NCBI RefSeq assembly: GCF_055900595.2
Contig: NZ_CM148325.1
DNA length: 64,000 bases
Reading direction: 5' to 3' (one strand)
A program made the position numbers and the translations under genes. Below, piece after piece: positions 39,287 to 51,581 of this stretch (positions are counted from its first letter, which is position 1; every line of letters starts with the position of its first letter). The notes below the pieces were generated by a model that did not search any database, was not told the DNA's origin, and saw only the letters and a list, made by a program, of their open reading frames with translations.

Positions 39287-42200
39287 AAATTCTCAGCCTG
39301 CGCCTGAAAAACCTGAACTCGTTAAAAGGCGAATGGAAGATTGATTTCACCCGCGAGCCGTTCGCCAGCAATGGGCTGTTTGCGATTACCGGCCCAACCG
39401 GCGCGGGGAAAACCACCCTGCTGGATGCCATTTGCCTGGCGCTGTATCACGAAACTCCGCGCCTTTCTAACGTTTCACAATCGCAAAATGATCTAATGAC
39501 CCGCGATACCGCCGAATGTCTGGCGGAAGTGGAGTTTGAAGTCAAAGGTGAAGCGTACCGTGCATTCTGGAGCCAGAATCGGGCGCGTAACCAGCCAGAC
39601 GGTAATTTGCAGGTGCCGCGCGTAGAGCTGGCGCGCTGTACCGATGGCAAAATTCTCGCTGACAAAGTGAAAGATAAGCTGGAACTGACGGCGACGTTAA
39701 CCGGACTGGATTATGGGCGTTTCACCCGTTCGATGCTGCTTTCGCAGGGGCAATTTGCTGCCTTCCTGAATGCCAAACCAAAAGAACGCGCGGAATTGCT
39801 CGAGGAATTAACCGGCACCGAAATCTACGGGCAAATCTCTGCGATGGTCTTTGAGCAGCACAAATCGGCCCGCACTGAGCTGGAGAAACTGCAAGCGCAG
39901 GCCAGCGGCGTCGCGTTATTAGCGCCAGAACAAGTGCAATCGCTGACAGAAAGTTTGCAGGTACTCACTGTCGAAGAGAAACAGTTACTCGCCGCGCAGC
40001 AGCAAGAACAACAATCGTTAAACTGGTTAACGCGTCTGGACGAATTGCAGCAAGAAGCCAGCCGCCGTCAGCAGGCATTGCAACAGGCGTTAGCCGAAGA
40101 AGAAAAAGCGCAACCTCAACTGGCGGCGCTCAGTCTGGCACAACCGGCGCGAAATCTTCGTCCGCACTGGGAACGCATCGCAGAACACACTGCGGCACTG
40201 GCGCATACTCGCCAGCAGATTGAAGAAGTAAATACTCGCTTACAGCGCACAATGGCGCTTCGTGCGAGCATTCGCCACCACGCGGCGAAGCAGTCTGCAG
40301 AATTACATCAGCAGCAACAAAGCCTGAATGCCTGGTTACAGGAACACGACCGCTTCCGTCAGTGGAACAACGAACTGGCGGGTTGGCGTGCGCAATTCTC
40401 TCAACAAACCAGCGAACGCGAGCATCTGCGGCAGTGGCAGCAACAGTTAACCCATGCAGAGCAAAAACTTAATTCACTTCCGGCGATCTCGTTGACGTTA
40501 AGCGCCGATGAAGTTGCTAGCGCCCAGGCGCAACATGCTGAGCAACGCACGCTGCGTCAGCGCCTGGTCGCGCTGCATGGGCAGATTGTTCCCCAACAAA
40601 AACGCCTGGCGCAATTACAGGTTGCTATCCAGAATGTCACGCAGGAACAGACGCAACGTAACGCCGCACTTAACGAAATGCGCCAGCGTTATAAAGAAAA
40701 AACGCAACAACTTGCCGATGTGAAAACCATTTGCGAGCAGGAAGCTCGTATCAAAACGCTGGAAGTTCAACGTGCGCAGTTACAGGCGGGTCAGCCTTGC
40801 CCACTTTGTGGTTCCACCAACCACCCGGCAGTAGAGGCGTATCAGGCACTGGAACCGGGTGTTAATCAGGCCCGCTTACTGACGCTTGAAAACGAAGTGA
40901 AAAAGCTCGGGGAGGAAGGCGCGGCGCTGCGCGGGCAACTGGACGCCTTAACGAAGCAGCTTCAGCGTGATGAAAACGAAGCGCAAAGCCTCCGACAAGA
41001 TGAGCAAGCACTTACTCAACAATGGCAAGCTGTCACGGCCAGCCTCAATATCACCTTGCAGCCACAGGACGATATTCAACCGTGGCTGGATGCACAAGAT
41101 GAGCACGAGCGCCAGCTGCGGATACTCAGCCAACGGCATGAATTACAAGGGCAGATTGCCGCGCATAATCAGCAAATTATCCAGTATCAACAGCAAATTG
41201 AACAACGCCAGCAGCAACTCTTAACGGCATTGGCGGGTTATGCACTGACATTGCCACAGGAAGATGAAGAAGAGAGCTGGTTGGCGACGCGTCAGCAAGA
41301 AGCACAGAGCTGGCAGCAACGCCAGAACGAATTAACCGCGCTGCAAAACCGTATGCAGCAGCTGACGCCGATTCTGGAAACGTTGCCGCAAAGTGATGAA
41401 TTCCCGCACAGCGAAGAAACTGTGGCGCTGGAAAACTGGCGGCAAATTCATGAACAATGTCTCGCGTTACAAAGCCAGCAGCAGACGTTACAGCAACAGG
41501 ATGTTCTGGCGGCGCAAAGTCTGCAAAAAGCCCAGGCGCAGTTTGACACCGCGCTACAGGCCAGTGTCTTTGACGATCAACAGGCGTTCCTTGCGGCGCT
41601 AATGGATGAACAAACACTAACGCAACTGGAACAGCTCAAGCAGAATCTGGAAAACCAGCGCCGTCAGGCGCAAACGCTGGTCACTCAGACAGCTGAAACG
41701 CTGGCACAGCATCAGCAACACCGACCTGACGGCCTGGATCTCAGTGTGACGGTGGAGCAGATTCAGCAAGAGTTAGCGCAAACTCACCAAAAGTTGCGTG
41801 AAAACACCACGAGTCAGGGCGAGATTCGTCAACAGCTGAAACAGGATGCGGAAAACCGTCAGCAACAACAAACCTTAATGCAGCAAATTGCTCAAATGAC
41901 GCAGCAGGTTGAGGACTGGGGATATCTTAATTCGCTAATAGGTTCCAAAGAGGGCGATAAATTCCGCAAGTTTGCCCAGGGGCTGACGCTGGATAATTTA
42001 GTCCATCTCGCTAATCAGCAACTTACCCGGTTACACGGGCGCTATCTGTTACAGCGCAAAGCCAGCGAGGCGCTGGAAGTCGAGGTTGTCGATACCTGGC
42101 AGGCAGACGCGGTACGCGATACCCGTACCCTTTCTGGCGGCGAAAGTTTTCTCGTCAGTCTGGCGCTGGCGCTGGCACTTTCAGATCTGGTCAGCCATAA

Positions 42201-42426
42201 AACGCGTATTGACTCGCTGTTCCTCGATGAAGGTTTCGGCACGCTGGATAGCGAAACACTGGATACCGCCCTTGATGCCCTGGATGCTCTGAATGCCAGT
42301 GGTAAAACTATCGGCGTGATTAGCCACGTTGAAGCGATGAAAGAGCGTATTCCGGTGCAGATCAAAGTGAAAAAGATCAACGGACTGGGATACAGCAAAC
42401 TGGAAAGTGCGTTTGCAGTGAAATAA
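39283..42426 (+). CDS. sbcC: SbcCD nuclease ATPase subunit C
   Basis: 1047 aa; Walker [10 protein letters not shown]; long Q-rich coiled coil; CPLCGS zinc hook; overlaps sbcD by ATGA. Confidence 0.96.
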
Positions 42427-42551
42427 CTATTCAGCAGGATAATGAATACAGAGGGGCGAATTATCTCTTGGCCTCGCTGGTCGTTATCCTGCAAGCTATC
42501 ACTTTATTGGCTACGGTGATTGGTAGCCGTTCTGGTGGTTGTGATGGTGGT

Positions 42552-43736
42552 ATGAAAAAAGTTATTTTATCTTTGGCTCTGGGCACGTTTGGTTTGGGAA
42601 TGGCCGAATTTGGCATTATGGGCGTGCTTACGGAGCTGGCACATAACGTAGGTATTTCGATTCCTGCCGCCGGGCATATGATCTCGTATTATGCGCTGGG
42701 GGTGGTGGTCGGTGCACCAATCATCGCACTCTTTTCCAGCCGCTACTCACTCAAACATATCTTGTTGTTTCTGGTGGCGTTGTGCGTCATTGGCAACGCC
42801 ATGTTCACGCTCTCTTCGTCTTACCTGATGCTCGCCATTGGTCGGCTGGTTTCCGGCTTTCCGCATGGTGCATTTTTTGGCGTCGGGGCGATTGTGTTAT
42901 CGAAAATTATCAAACCCGGCAAAGTCACCGCCGCCGTGGCGGGGATGGTTTCCGGGATGACAGTCGCCAATTTGCTGGGCATTCCGCTGGGGACGTATTT
43001 AAGTCAGGAGTTTAGCTGGCGTTACACCTTTTTATTGATCTCTGTGTTTAATATCGCGGTGATGGCATCGGTCTATTTTTGGGTGCCGGATATTCGCGAC
43101 GAGGCGAAAGGAAAGCTGCGCGAACAATTTCACTTTTTGCGCAGCCCGGCCCCGTGGTTAATTTTCGCTGCCACGATGTTTGGCAACGCGGGTGTATTTG
43201 CCTGGTTCAGCTACGTAAAGCCATACATGATGTTTATTTCCGGTTTTTCGGAAATGGCGATGACCTTTATTATGATGTTAGTTGGGCTGGGGATGGTGTT
43301 GGGGAATGTGCTAAGTGGCCGGATTTCAGGACGTTATTCACCACTACGCATTGCGGCAGTGACTGATTTCATTATTGTGCTGGCATTGCTGATGCTCTTT
43401 TTCTTCGGCGGCATGAAAACAACGTCGCTTATTTTTGCTTTTATTTGTTGCGCGGGATTATTTGCCCTCTCTGCACCGCTGCAAATATTGTTACTGCAAA
43501 ATGCCAAAGGTGGAGAATTATTAGGTGCCGCAGGTGGGCAAATAGCGTTTAACCTCGGTAGCGCCGTCGGCGCATATTGCGGAGGTATGATGCTGACGCT
43601 GGGGCTGACTTATAATTACGTGGCGCTGCCTGCCGCCCTGCTTTCGTTTGCTGCGATGTCGTCGTTGCTGCTGTATGGTCGCTATAAGCGCCAGCAAGCG
43701 GCGGATAGTCCGATGCTGGCGAAACCACTGGGATAG
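42552..43736 (+). CDS. araJ: MFS transporter AraJ
   Basis: Start set to MKKVILSLALGTFGLGMAEF (394 aa). Confidence 0.92.
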   Translation: MKKVILSLALGTFGLGMAEFGIMGVLTELAHNVGISIPAAGHMISYYALGVVVGAPIIALFSSRYSLKHILLFLVALCVIGNAMFTLSSSYLMLAIGRLVSGFPHGAFFGVGAIVLSKIIKPGKVTAAVAGMVSGMTVANLLGIPLGTYLSQEFSWRYTFLLISVFNIAVMASVYFWVPDIRDEAKGKLREQFHFLRSPAPWLIFAATMFGNAGVFAWFSYVKPYMMFISGFSEMAMTFIMMLVGLGMVLGNVLSGRISGRYSPLRIAAVTDFIIVLALLMLFFFGGMKTTSLIFAFICCAGLFALSAPLQILLLQNAKGGELLGAAGGQIAFNLGSAVGAYCGGMMLTLGLTYNYVALPAALLSFAAMSSLLLYGRYKRQQAADSPMLAKPLG

Positions 43737-43755
43737 GTTGCAGTCACTGCTTGTT

Positions 43756-43843
43756 GTCGGATGCGGCGCGAGCGTCTTATCCGACCTACGCGAGCTGCTC
43801 ATTTTGTAGGCCTGATAAGACGCGGCAAGCGTCGCATCAGGCA
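43756..43843. repeat. REP/BIME palindromic units
   Basis: gtcggatgcggcgcgagcgtcttatccgacctac and inverted gtaggcctgataagacgcggcaagcgtcgcatcaggca. Confidence 0.85.
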
Positions 43844-43868
43844 TGATGCACCAATTGCCTGTTTTTTT

Positions 43869-44777
43869 TTACTCTTGTGGCCATAACCACGCAGCGCCGC
43901 GTACGCCGCTGGAATCACCATGTTTCGCCTTACGCACCGGCGTTTCACATTCGCCGCCGAAGACAAATTGTTTAATCAACTGCGGAACCGTTTGATATAA
44001 ACGATCTACATTGCTCATCCCGCCCCCCAACACAATCACATCCGGATCGAGAATATTCACGACATGTGCCAGCGATTTTGCCAGCCGCAGCTCGTAGCGA
44101 CGCAATGCCAGTTCCGCTACCGGATCGCTTTCTTCTACCAGGCGGATAATTTCACTGCCTTTCAGCGCATGTCCGCTCAAACGACGATAATCCGTCGCGA
44201 ATCCCGTGCCCGAAATAAAGGTTTCAATACAACCTTGTTTACCGCAATAACAAGGGACTTCCTCGCGATAACGCAGTTCATCTTCGTCCATCCACGGTAG
44301 CGGATTGTGTCCCCACTCGCCTGCCGTGCCATTGCCGCCGATATGCGCTCGACCATTGAACGCTACGCCCGCGCCGCATCCCGTGCCGATAATCACGGCA
44401 AATACCGTCTGCGCTCCCGCTGCTGCGCCATCTACCGCTTCCGAGACCGCCAGACAGTTGGCGTCATTTGCCAACCGCACTTCCCGTTGCAACCGCGCGC
44501 TTAAATCTTTATCAAATGGCTGACCGTTAAGCCAGGTTGAATTGGCATTTTTCACCACGCCAGTGTAAGGCGAAATCGAGCCTGGAATGCCCATGCCTAC
44601 CGTTCCGCGCTGCCCTGTCGCCTGCTCCGCCATATCAACCAACGTGGCGATCGTTTCGATGGTCTGATGGTAATCATCACGCGGCGTGGGCAGACGATGA
44701 CGATACAACTGCTCCCCTGCATCGCCCAGTGCAATCACTTCAGTTTTGGTGCCGCCTAAATCGATACCTATACGCAC
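43869..44777 (-). CDS. mak: fructokinase (manno/fructokinase, ROK family)
   Basis: 302 aa from GTG start (reverse complement of cac at 44775..44777) giving [14 protein letters not shown]. Confidence 0.9.
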   Translation of the reverse strand: MRIGIDLGGTKTEVIALGDAGEQLYRHRLPTPRDDYHQTIETIATLVDMAEQATGQRGTVGMGIPGSISPYTGVVKNANSTWLNGQPFDKDLSARLQREVRLANDANCLAVSEAVDGAAAGAQTVFAVIIGTGCGAGVAFNGRAHIGGNGTAGEWGHNPLPWMDEDELRYREEVPCYCGKQGCIETFISGTGFATDYRRLSGHALKGSEIIRLVEESDPVAELALRRYELRLAKSLAHVVNILDPDVIVLGGGMSNVDRLYQTVPQLIKQFVFGGECETPVRKAKHGDSSGVRGAAWLWPQE

Positions 44778-44901
44778 GGTACTCTCCTTATTTTTTTCAA
44801 TATCAATAGCGTAGAGACGGACAACCGGATTGGCAATGCAAGGCCGCCGACAATTCGTTATCATGCCCGCTAAATTTAACGACAAGGCCGTGGAAATTAT
44901 C

Positions 44902-45813
44902 ATGCTGTGGTTCAAAAATTTAATGGTTTACCGTCTTAGCCGCGAGATTTCGCTGCGTGCAGAAGAGATGGAAAAACAGCTAGCCTCGATGGCATTTACC
45001 CCATGCGGCAGCCAGGACATGGCGAAGATGGGCTGGGTTCCTCCGATGGGATCGCACAGCGATGCGTTAACGCACGTTGCCAATGGTCAAATTGTTATCT
45101 GCGCGCGCAAAGAAGAAAAAATCCTCCCGTCTCCGGTGATTAAACAGGCGCTGGAAGCAAAAATCGCCAAGCTGGAAGCGGAACAGGCGCGCAAGCTGAA
45201 GAAAACCGAAAAAGATTCGCTGAAAGATGAAGTGCTGCACTCTCTTCTGCCGCGCGCTTTCAGCCGTTTCAGCCAAACCATGATGTGGATCGACACGGTA
45301 AACGGTTTGATTATGGTGGACTGCGCCAGTGCCAAAAAAGCAGAAGATACGCTGGCATTACTGCGTAAAAGCCTGGGGTCGTTACCGGTTGTACCATTGA
45401 GCATGGAAAACCCGATTGAACTGACGCTGACCGAATGGGTACGCTCTGGTAGTGCGGCACAAGGCTTCCAGCTGCTTGATGAAGCCGAACTGAAATCGTT
45501 GCTGGAAGATGGCGGCGTGATCCGCGCGAAGAAACAAGATTTGACCAGCGAAGAAATCACCAACCACATTGAAGCAGGAAAAGTGGTGACTAAACTGGCG
45601 CTCGACTGGCAGCAGCGCATTCAGTTTGTGATGTGCGACGATGGTTCACTCAAGCGTCTGAAGTTCTGCGACGAGCTGCGCGATCAAAACGAAGATATCG
45701 ACCGTGAAGATTTTGCCCAACGTTTTGATGCCGATTTCATCCTGATGACCGGTGAACTGGCAGCATTAATCCAAAACCTGATCGAAGGATTAGGTGGCGA
45801 AGCACAACGTTAA
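44902..45813 (+). CDS. rdgC: recombination-associated protein RdgC
   Basis: Start set to [16 protein letters not shown] (303 aa). Confidence 0.94.
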
Positions 45814-45830
45814 TTGCTGATTTGCCTTTA

Positions 45831-45869
45831 ATGCCGGATGCGACGCCTGCGGCGTCTTATCCGGCGTAC
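45831..45869. repeat. REP palindromic unit
   Basis: atgccggatgcgacgcctgcggcgtcttatccggcgtac. Confidence 0.8.
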
Positions 45870-46036
45870 GAATCCACACCAGGCATATAATCATTCGCTA
45901 CGGCGGGCAATAATTTTTAGCGCAGCAATATTATGCGTTTTACGCCGTAACTGATCCAACCGTCTCATCCCTATTCGCCTGTCAGCGGCACGCAGAATAT
46001 TCACTAACCCCCATTTATCGCTGGTAAATTGTTTCG

Positions 46037-46345
46037 TTAACAGCTCCGCTTTTGGGTATCAATATATTCACGCAATAAATCAGAAATTGAACAAATATCC
46101 GTCAGATAAGGATACCAGCAAGTTTCACCATGAAAATTACGCACTCCACCATTGCCTGCCATAAAGTCTTTTGGGTAATCCCAGATCACGTCTTTATCCA
46201 ACGTGATCCAATAACGCGGTAAATCGGTGCTTCCACCATTTTGGCTGCGCATGGGATAACGGGTACAGTGAATTTGCAGGTTGATCGTTGGCGTCAGTAA
46301 GTCATAAATCTCCCTCTGTAACTTGCTCCAGGGGCGTTGTGTCAT
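46037..46345 (-). CDS. small hypothetical cytoplasmic protein, translationally coupled to the upstream 762-aa gene
   Basis: 102 aa; start ATG overlaps the upstream stop (ATGA); GAGGA Shine-Dalgarno inside the upstream gene; no signal peptide or TM segment; several Cys/His/Trp. Confidence 0.6.
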   Translation of the reverse strand: MTQRPWSKLQREIYDLLTPTINLQIHCTRYPMRSQNGGSTDLPRYWITLDKDVIWDYPKDFMAGNGGVRNFHGETCWYPYLTDICSISDLLREYIDTQKRSC

Positions 46346-48630
46346 TGTTTTTCCTCAAGCCGGTTACGCGCTTCACTGCGAATTTGCCGCGTTGCCCCGG
46401 TTTTCACTAAATCACGTAACTGCGAAAGATCGGGCTGATCGACAAATAAGATTAATGATGGATCCTCTTTTAACCACGCCGTTTTCACATCGGCAGCCAA
46501 CTGTGGATTATTAATAGCCAGCGCCCGATCCTGTGACTCAGTCAATGTCGTTAACAAAGAGGCTGGGGTATGTACATTGCGCAACGCCGTCTGCCGCAAA
46601 TGATCATTGTGACTTTTCAGCAATCCGCACCACCATTCATCATCTGATTTATCTTTTATCGTATCCAGCTCCGCAAAAATATCGCTTTCCTCATGATTCC
46701 AGCGGTGTAATCCTCTTTCACTTTGTCTACGGGTGCTATTTTTCATACTGACAACAGACAACGCCCAGTCAGAGTTAAAACGATACTGTTGATCGAGTTT
46801 GTTGATAATTCCGGAGGGTAAATCTTTATTATCAAATAACTGGTTTCGCATCCGATAGCGGTATTCAGCAGGTAAATAAACCAGTAAATCGATAGCATTA
46901 TTAAGCATCTCTTCGTCAATAATACCATTATCAATCAGCGCCAGCTGTACTTCGTAGGCTTGCTCTTGATCTTCTTGCCGTTTACTCATCATTAATTTTA
47001 AGGTGTGTTGCCATAATTGTTTCTTATACTCCAGAGGTAACAATTTATCGCGTGCCAGCTCATACCAGATGCTGGGAATGTCATGCTGATTCAGTAGATA
47101 ACTAATCACTTCCTTCGAGGTCAGATAACGCATGCCGTCACGTAAATTGTGCACATCTTCTTTTGCCAAAGTCAGTTGACGCGACTCCGGCAAAGCGACC
47201 AATAACGCCTTCACGATATTTTTATTTTCTTTATTATCCAGATACATTTGTTCTGCGATACGTTCAACATCCTCTGTCCTCAGGGTCGCTGACAGTTGGG
47301 TGATTTTTAGTTCAGTAAGCGTCCGGGCTAATGCTTGACGAACTTTCAGCGATTTATCTTTACTCAACAACACCGCTTGTTGTGCGGTTAAATCGGTTCC
47401 GGTAATTCTTTCGCGTAACTCCAGATCTTCGCTATTTATCAATTCATCAACCACTGCAGTTGGAACCAGCCAGGCGTAATCGTAATGGCTGATTAATGTC
47501 TTGCGCACACTGAGAAAAGGGCTTTGACTTAACGATACAACAATATCAGGAGAAAGATTATCCTGTCTGGCCTGCTCCAGCTGTACGCTCTCGACGGGTA
47601 CAGACATTAATTTTTTATTCACTTCGGCGGATATATTGCTGTTTTTAACCAGTCCTCTGGCAACAGCTTCATCTTTAATTAATTCATCGGTAAGCAAATG
47701 CATGTGTTGAGCAGGCCAGGACTGCGCCATTGATTCACGCGTCTGGTCATCGGGGTGCTGTAACAGTTGCAGCATAACGGCGGTTGACAAACTTTCTATA
47801 TGAGTCAGAAAACGTGCCACCAGTGGATCTTCATGCTTTATTTTATCCGCAAGGAAATTATCGAGTTTCCCCGTTTCAATCCATTTTAATTTCTCATTAA
47901 TTTCAGGAGCAGCTTTATCTCGAAAAAGAGGTAAACCCTGAACGATATTGTCTACGACGCTATCATAGTCAGGATACGCATTGGAAATATTATCGGTTTC
48001 GATTTCACTATGATCATAAAGATTAGGCGTCACCAGTGAATAGGCTTTTTGAATATTCTCGTCCCAGTTATATTCTTCACCGCTTTCATCTTCATTGATA
48101 TAAAACTCAGCTTTGATGACCTCAAATTGCGTTGCTTTATCGGAAACAATAATGCCTCGCGCGTTAATTCCTTTCATCACTTCAAAGTTGTGATCATTAT
48201 AATCAGCATAAACTAAACCTTTTGCTGTCATCTGCCCTTTGACATACGCGAAATCATGATTAATAAAGTTATCGACAATAACATTACCTAATACAATCAG
48301 ATGACCATTACCTGACAGATAATCATCATAATCGCCGGAAATCGTTAAATTACCGTTCACCACCAGTTTATGCTGATTGCTGAAGTTAGTGGGTAATGAT
48401 AGGTCACCATTATGATAATACCAGCGGATATTATCTTTTAGCATATAAGCAGCTTCCATACTATCGTTGGTTGCCGCTTTAACCACGTTGCGCTCATCTG
48501 CCGTCATAAGATGAAAGTCAGAGGTGATAAGGTCCTCGCTACTGATCCACTCTGTGGCACATGCATTGCCAGTCATAAAAAATACGACCATACAGATGAC
48601 CAATATATTAATTCTATTCATAATCTTCAC
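46342..48630 (-). CDS. large hypothetical exported protein: N-terminal beta-rich region plus C-terminal alpha-helical repeat region
   Basis: 762 aa; AT-rich; signal peptide (MKIMNRINILVICMVVFFMTGNACA); start may be GTG 48630 or ATG 48621; no recognisable catalytic motif. Confidence 0.65.
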   Translation of the reverse strand: MKIMNRINILVICMVVFFMTGNACATEWISSEDLITSDFHLMTADERNVVKAATNDSMEAAYMLKDNIRWYYHNGDLSLPTNFSNQHKLVVNGNLTISGDYDDYLSGNGHLIVLGNVIVDNFINHDFAYVKGQMTAKGLVYADYNDHNFEVMKGINARGIIVSDKATQFEVIKAEFYINEDESGEEYNWDENIQKAYSLVTPNLYDHSEIETDNISNAYPDYDSVVDNIVQGLPLFRDKAAPEINEKLKWIETGKLDNFLADKIKHEDPLVARFLTHIESLSTAVMLQLLQHPDDQTRESMAQSWPAQHMHLLTDELIKDEAVARGLVKNSNISAEVNKKLMSVPVESVQLEQARQDNLSPDIVVSLSQSPFLSVRKTLISHYDYAWLVPTAVVDELINSEDLELRERITGTDLTAQQAVLLSKDKSLKVRQALARTLTELKITQLSATLRTEDVERIAEQMYLDNKENKNIVKALLVALPESRQLTLAKEDVHNLRDGMRYLTSKEVISYLLNQHDIPSIWYELARDKLLPLEYKKQLWQHTLKLMMSKRQEDQEQAYEVQLALIDNGIIDEEMLNNAIDLLVYLPAEYRYRMRNQLFDNKDLPSGIINKLDQQYRFNSDWALSVVSMKNSTRRQSERGLHRWNHEESDIFAELDTIKDKSDDEWWCGLLKSHNDHLRQTALRNVHTPASLLTTLTESQDRALAINNPQLAADVKTAWLKEDPSLILFVDQPDLSQLRDLVKTGATRQIRSEARNRLEEKQ

Positions 48631-48764
48631 TGATATTTATATCAACCTTGATGAATTATGAATATATCGGAAATCGAAAAAATCGCAGCAAAGGAAATAT
48701 TATTATGGGTTAAAGAGAGGATATTTCAGAAAAATGCCCTCCCGTTCATGGGGAAGGCGAGGAA

Positions 48765-49049
48765 TTACAGATAGCGGCACAGATAAGAGGTGGGTTCGGC
48801 AACTTGCAGATGAAACTCGCTGTGACCGGGAACATTAAACACCGAACCGGCTTCATACACTTGCCAGTCGGTCGCGTCAGGCAGTAAAACATTCAGCGCG
48901 CCACTGATTACCGTCATCTCTTCCGGTTCAGCGGTGCTGAAGGTGTATTCGCCTTCAACCATAACACCTACGCTGGCGCGGCCAGTGCTACTGCTGGAAA
49001 AGCCGATCGATTTCACTTTGCCGGAAAAGTACTCATTACTTTGAAGCAT
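48765..49049 (-). CDS. ppnP: pyrimidine/purine nucleoside phosphorylase PpnP (YaiE)
   Basis: 94 aa; [17 protein letters not shown]. Confidence 0.94.
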
Positions 49050-49120
49050 AAACTGGCCCTGTCTGGTAGTTGAACATCTACTTCACTATAGGGGCCAGAG
49101 GCGCTGGCTGTCACGCAAAA

Positions 49121-49798
49121 TTACACCAGCAATTCCGCTGCCAGCCTTGCAATCAATACGTTAGAGAGCAAGACAGGAACATTGAGCTGTTTTTGCAGTA
49201 AATCGCGATGACGCTGGTTAAATCCCAAACAATCCAGCATGATGACATCTGCGCCTTTTGCCAGTAATTCTTTCCCGGCATCAATGATTTTTTGTTCCGA
49301 ATCATGAATGGGGTTACCCAATGAAAATACCGGCGATTTCTGCAAAATTTGCCATTTTTGCGCCTGAACGGGCAGCATCTCCTCAACCGGAACGATAACC
49401 CCCACCTGATGATCTTCAATAATAGAGGAAACCAGCGGTGGCAATATTCGCGACGGCTCAAGAAAGATCGTATTACGCGCGGTCATACTACTAATGTTTG
49501 CCGTACTCATTAATATAATGACGTCGTAACCCTGATTATCGAGCACTTCAACCACACCTTGCAGGTCTCGCTCCACTTTGCGACGCGAAACATGGGCCAG
49601 CTGGTTGTCATTTAATAATGTGAGAATTGTGTCTTCGCCTGCTTCTGGCGCGTACTCCGCCATCACTTCTTCGCGGCTTAACTTCCCCAGCAGGCTATGA
49701 TGGGAAATATTATCTTCGTCAATGTATTCTGTCAGGAGCGGCAAAACTTCCTGCATAGGTACAATGCCGATGGTCAGGATCGCCAACGACGCACTCAT
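49121..49798 (-). CDS. aroM: protein AroM
   Basis: 225 aa; position between ppnP and yaiA-aroL. Confidence 0.9.
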   Translation of the reverse strand: MSASLAILTIGIVPMQEVLPLLTEYIDEDNISHHSLLGKLSREEVMAEYAPEAGEDTILTLLNDNQLAHVSRRKVERDLQGVVEVLDNQGYDVIILMSTANISSMTARNTIFLEPSRILPPLVSSIIEDHQVGVIVPVEEMLPVQAQKWQILQKSPVFSLGNPIHDSEQKIIDAGKELLAKGADVIMLDCLGFNQRHRDLLQKQLNVPVLLSNVLIARLAAELLV

Positions 49799-50055
49799 TG
49801 TTCTTCCACCTTACTTTTATTTCGTCGTTAATTACCAGGCAAGCGCTAAGCACCACTGCCGACACTTACCTGTGCTACAAATGACAAAAAGCGTAGCAGC
49901 AGACCTGCACGGCATAATGTAAAGATTCCAAATGATTCCAGTAATGGATTGTTATTGTTTAATATTCTAATTATTTGAAAAACATGAATTGTGAAAAATG
50001 TGACGCAGATCCCTTGTGGTGGCACTCAGAATCCCTTCCGAGCAGTCTGATGCGG

Positions 50056-50256
<201 letters not shown>

Positions 50257-50296
50257 TTATTTCACGGGATGAACGTTAAGTATAGGCGCTCGAAAA

Positions 50297-50821
50297 TCAA
50301 CAATTGATCGTCTGTGCCAGGGCGCTGCGAATTTCAGAAATCACCTGGCTGGGTTCGTTTGTTGCGTCGATGATAATATGCGCAACTTCGCGATATAGCG
50401 CATCGCGTTCTTCCAGCACTTCCTGAACTTCTTCGCTCAGCGGTTTCCCCGTTAAGGTTGGCCGTAAATCTTCTTCCGGTGCAGCTTGCAGTCGGTTAAC
50501 CAGGACTGATACTGGCGCACACAAATAAACCACGATCCCGTTATTTTGCATAAAGTGACGATTAAATTCCGTCAGGATAATGCCGCCGCCCGTGGCGATA
50601 ACGGTGGATGGCGCAGTTACCGCTTCCAACGCCGCCGTTTCTCTGGCGCGGAATCCCGCCCACTCTTCCCTTTCGACGATCTCCGCGACCGTCATATTGA
50701 GCTGTGATTGCAACCACTGGTCGGTATCGACAAATCGACGGTTAAGCGAATCGGCAAGGGCCATTCCGACCGTTGTTTTACCACAGCCCCGAGGCCCGAT
50801 CAGAAAAAGAGGTTGTGTCAT
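50297..50821 (-). CDS. aroL: shikimate kinase II
   Basis: 174 aa; Walker [10 protein letters not shown]. Confidence 0.96.
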
Positions 50822-51003
50822 CGTGGGTTTTCCCCAATAGGTCGCAATGCGGCGAAAGCCGGTGTCATGAGAATAGCGATCATACCATCAAACTAGTACA
50901 ATTTCGATTGTAAAGAAAAAATTCCACTTAAAGTGAAAATTTTAATACATCCCTTACTATACCAATAAATTTTCAAGAATGAAGTGTAAATAATAAATTA
51001 CAT

Positions 51004-51462
51004 TCAGCCACGACTACGTTGCACTTCCAGCCACCACTTCTCCAGCTCCGCGGCAAAGGCCTGGCGGTCACGTTGTGTAAGGCTATCTGGTCCCCCGGTC
51101 TGGATCCCACTGGCGCGTAAGGTATCCATAAAATCGCGCATCGTCAGGCGCTCACGAATGGTCGCTGGTGTGTAACGTTCGCCGCGTGGATTAAGCGCCG
51201 CAGCGCCTTTCTCGATGGCTTCAGCAGCCAAAGGAATATCTGCGGTGATCACCAAATCGCCAGCTTCACACTGCCGGACAATTTCGTTATCGGCAACGTC
51301 GAAACCTGCCGCGACGCGCAGCGTTCGAATAAATCGCGAAGGCGGTACGCGTAAACTCTGGTTTGCTACCAGTACCAGCGGCATCTGCATACGTTCAGCC
51401 GCGCGATACAAAATCTCTTTAATTACATTGGGACACGCGTCGGCATCCACCCAAATTGTCAT
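51004..51462 (-). CDS. yaiI: UPF0178 protein YaiI
   Basis: Start set to [18 protein letters not shown] (152 aa); ORF-track extension not used. Confidence 0.9.
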   Translation of the reverse strand: MTIWVDADACPNVIKEILYRAAERMQMPLVLVANQSLRVPPSRFIRTLRVAAGFDVADNEIVRQCEAGDLVITADIPLAAEAIEKGAAALNPRGERYTPATIRERLTMRDFMDTLRASGIQTGGPDSLTQRDRQAFAAELEKWWLEVQRSRG

Positions 51463-51581
51463 AAAGTCATCCTTTGTTGGGTAATTCTCTATTGTGTCGC
51501 GCTTTTGCCTTCCGGCATAGTTCTGTTTATGCTTCTGCCAGCGATTATCAAAACAATGAATTTCACGGCAGGAGTGAGGCA

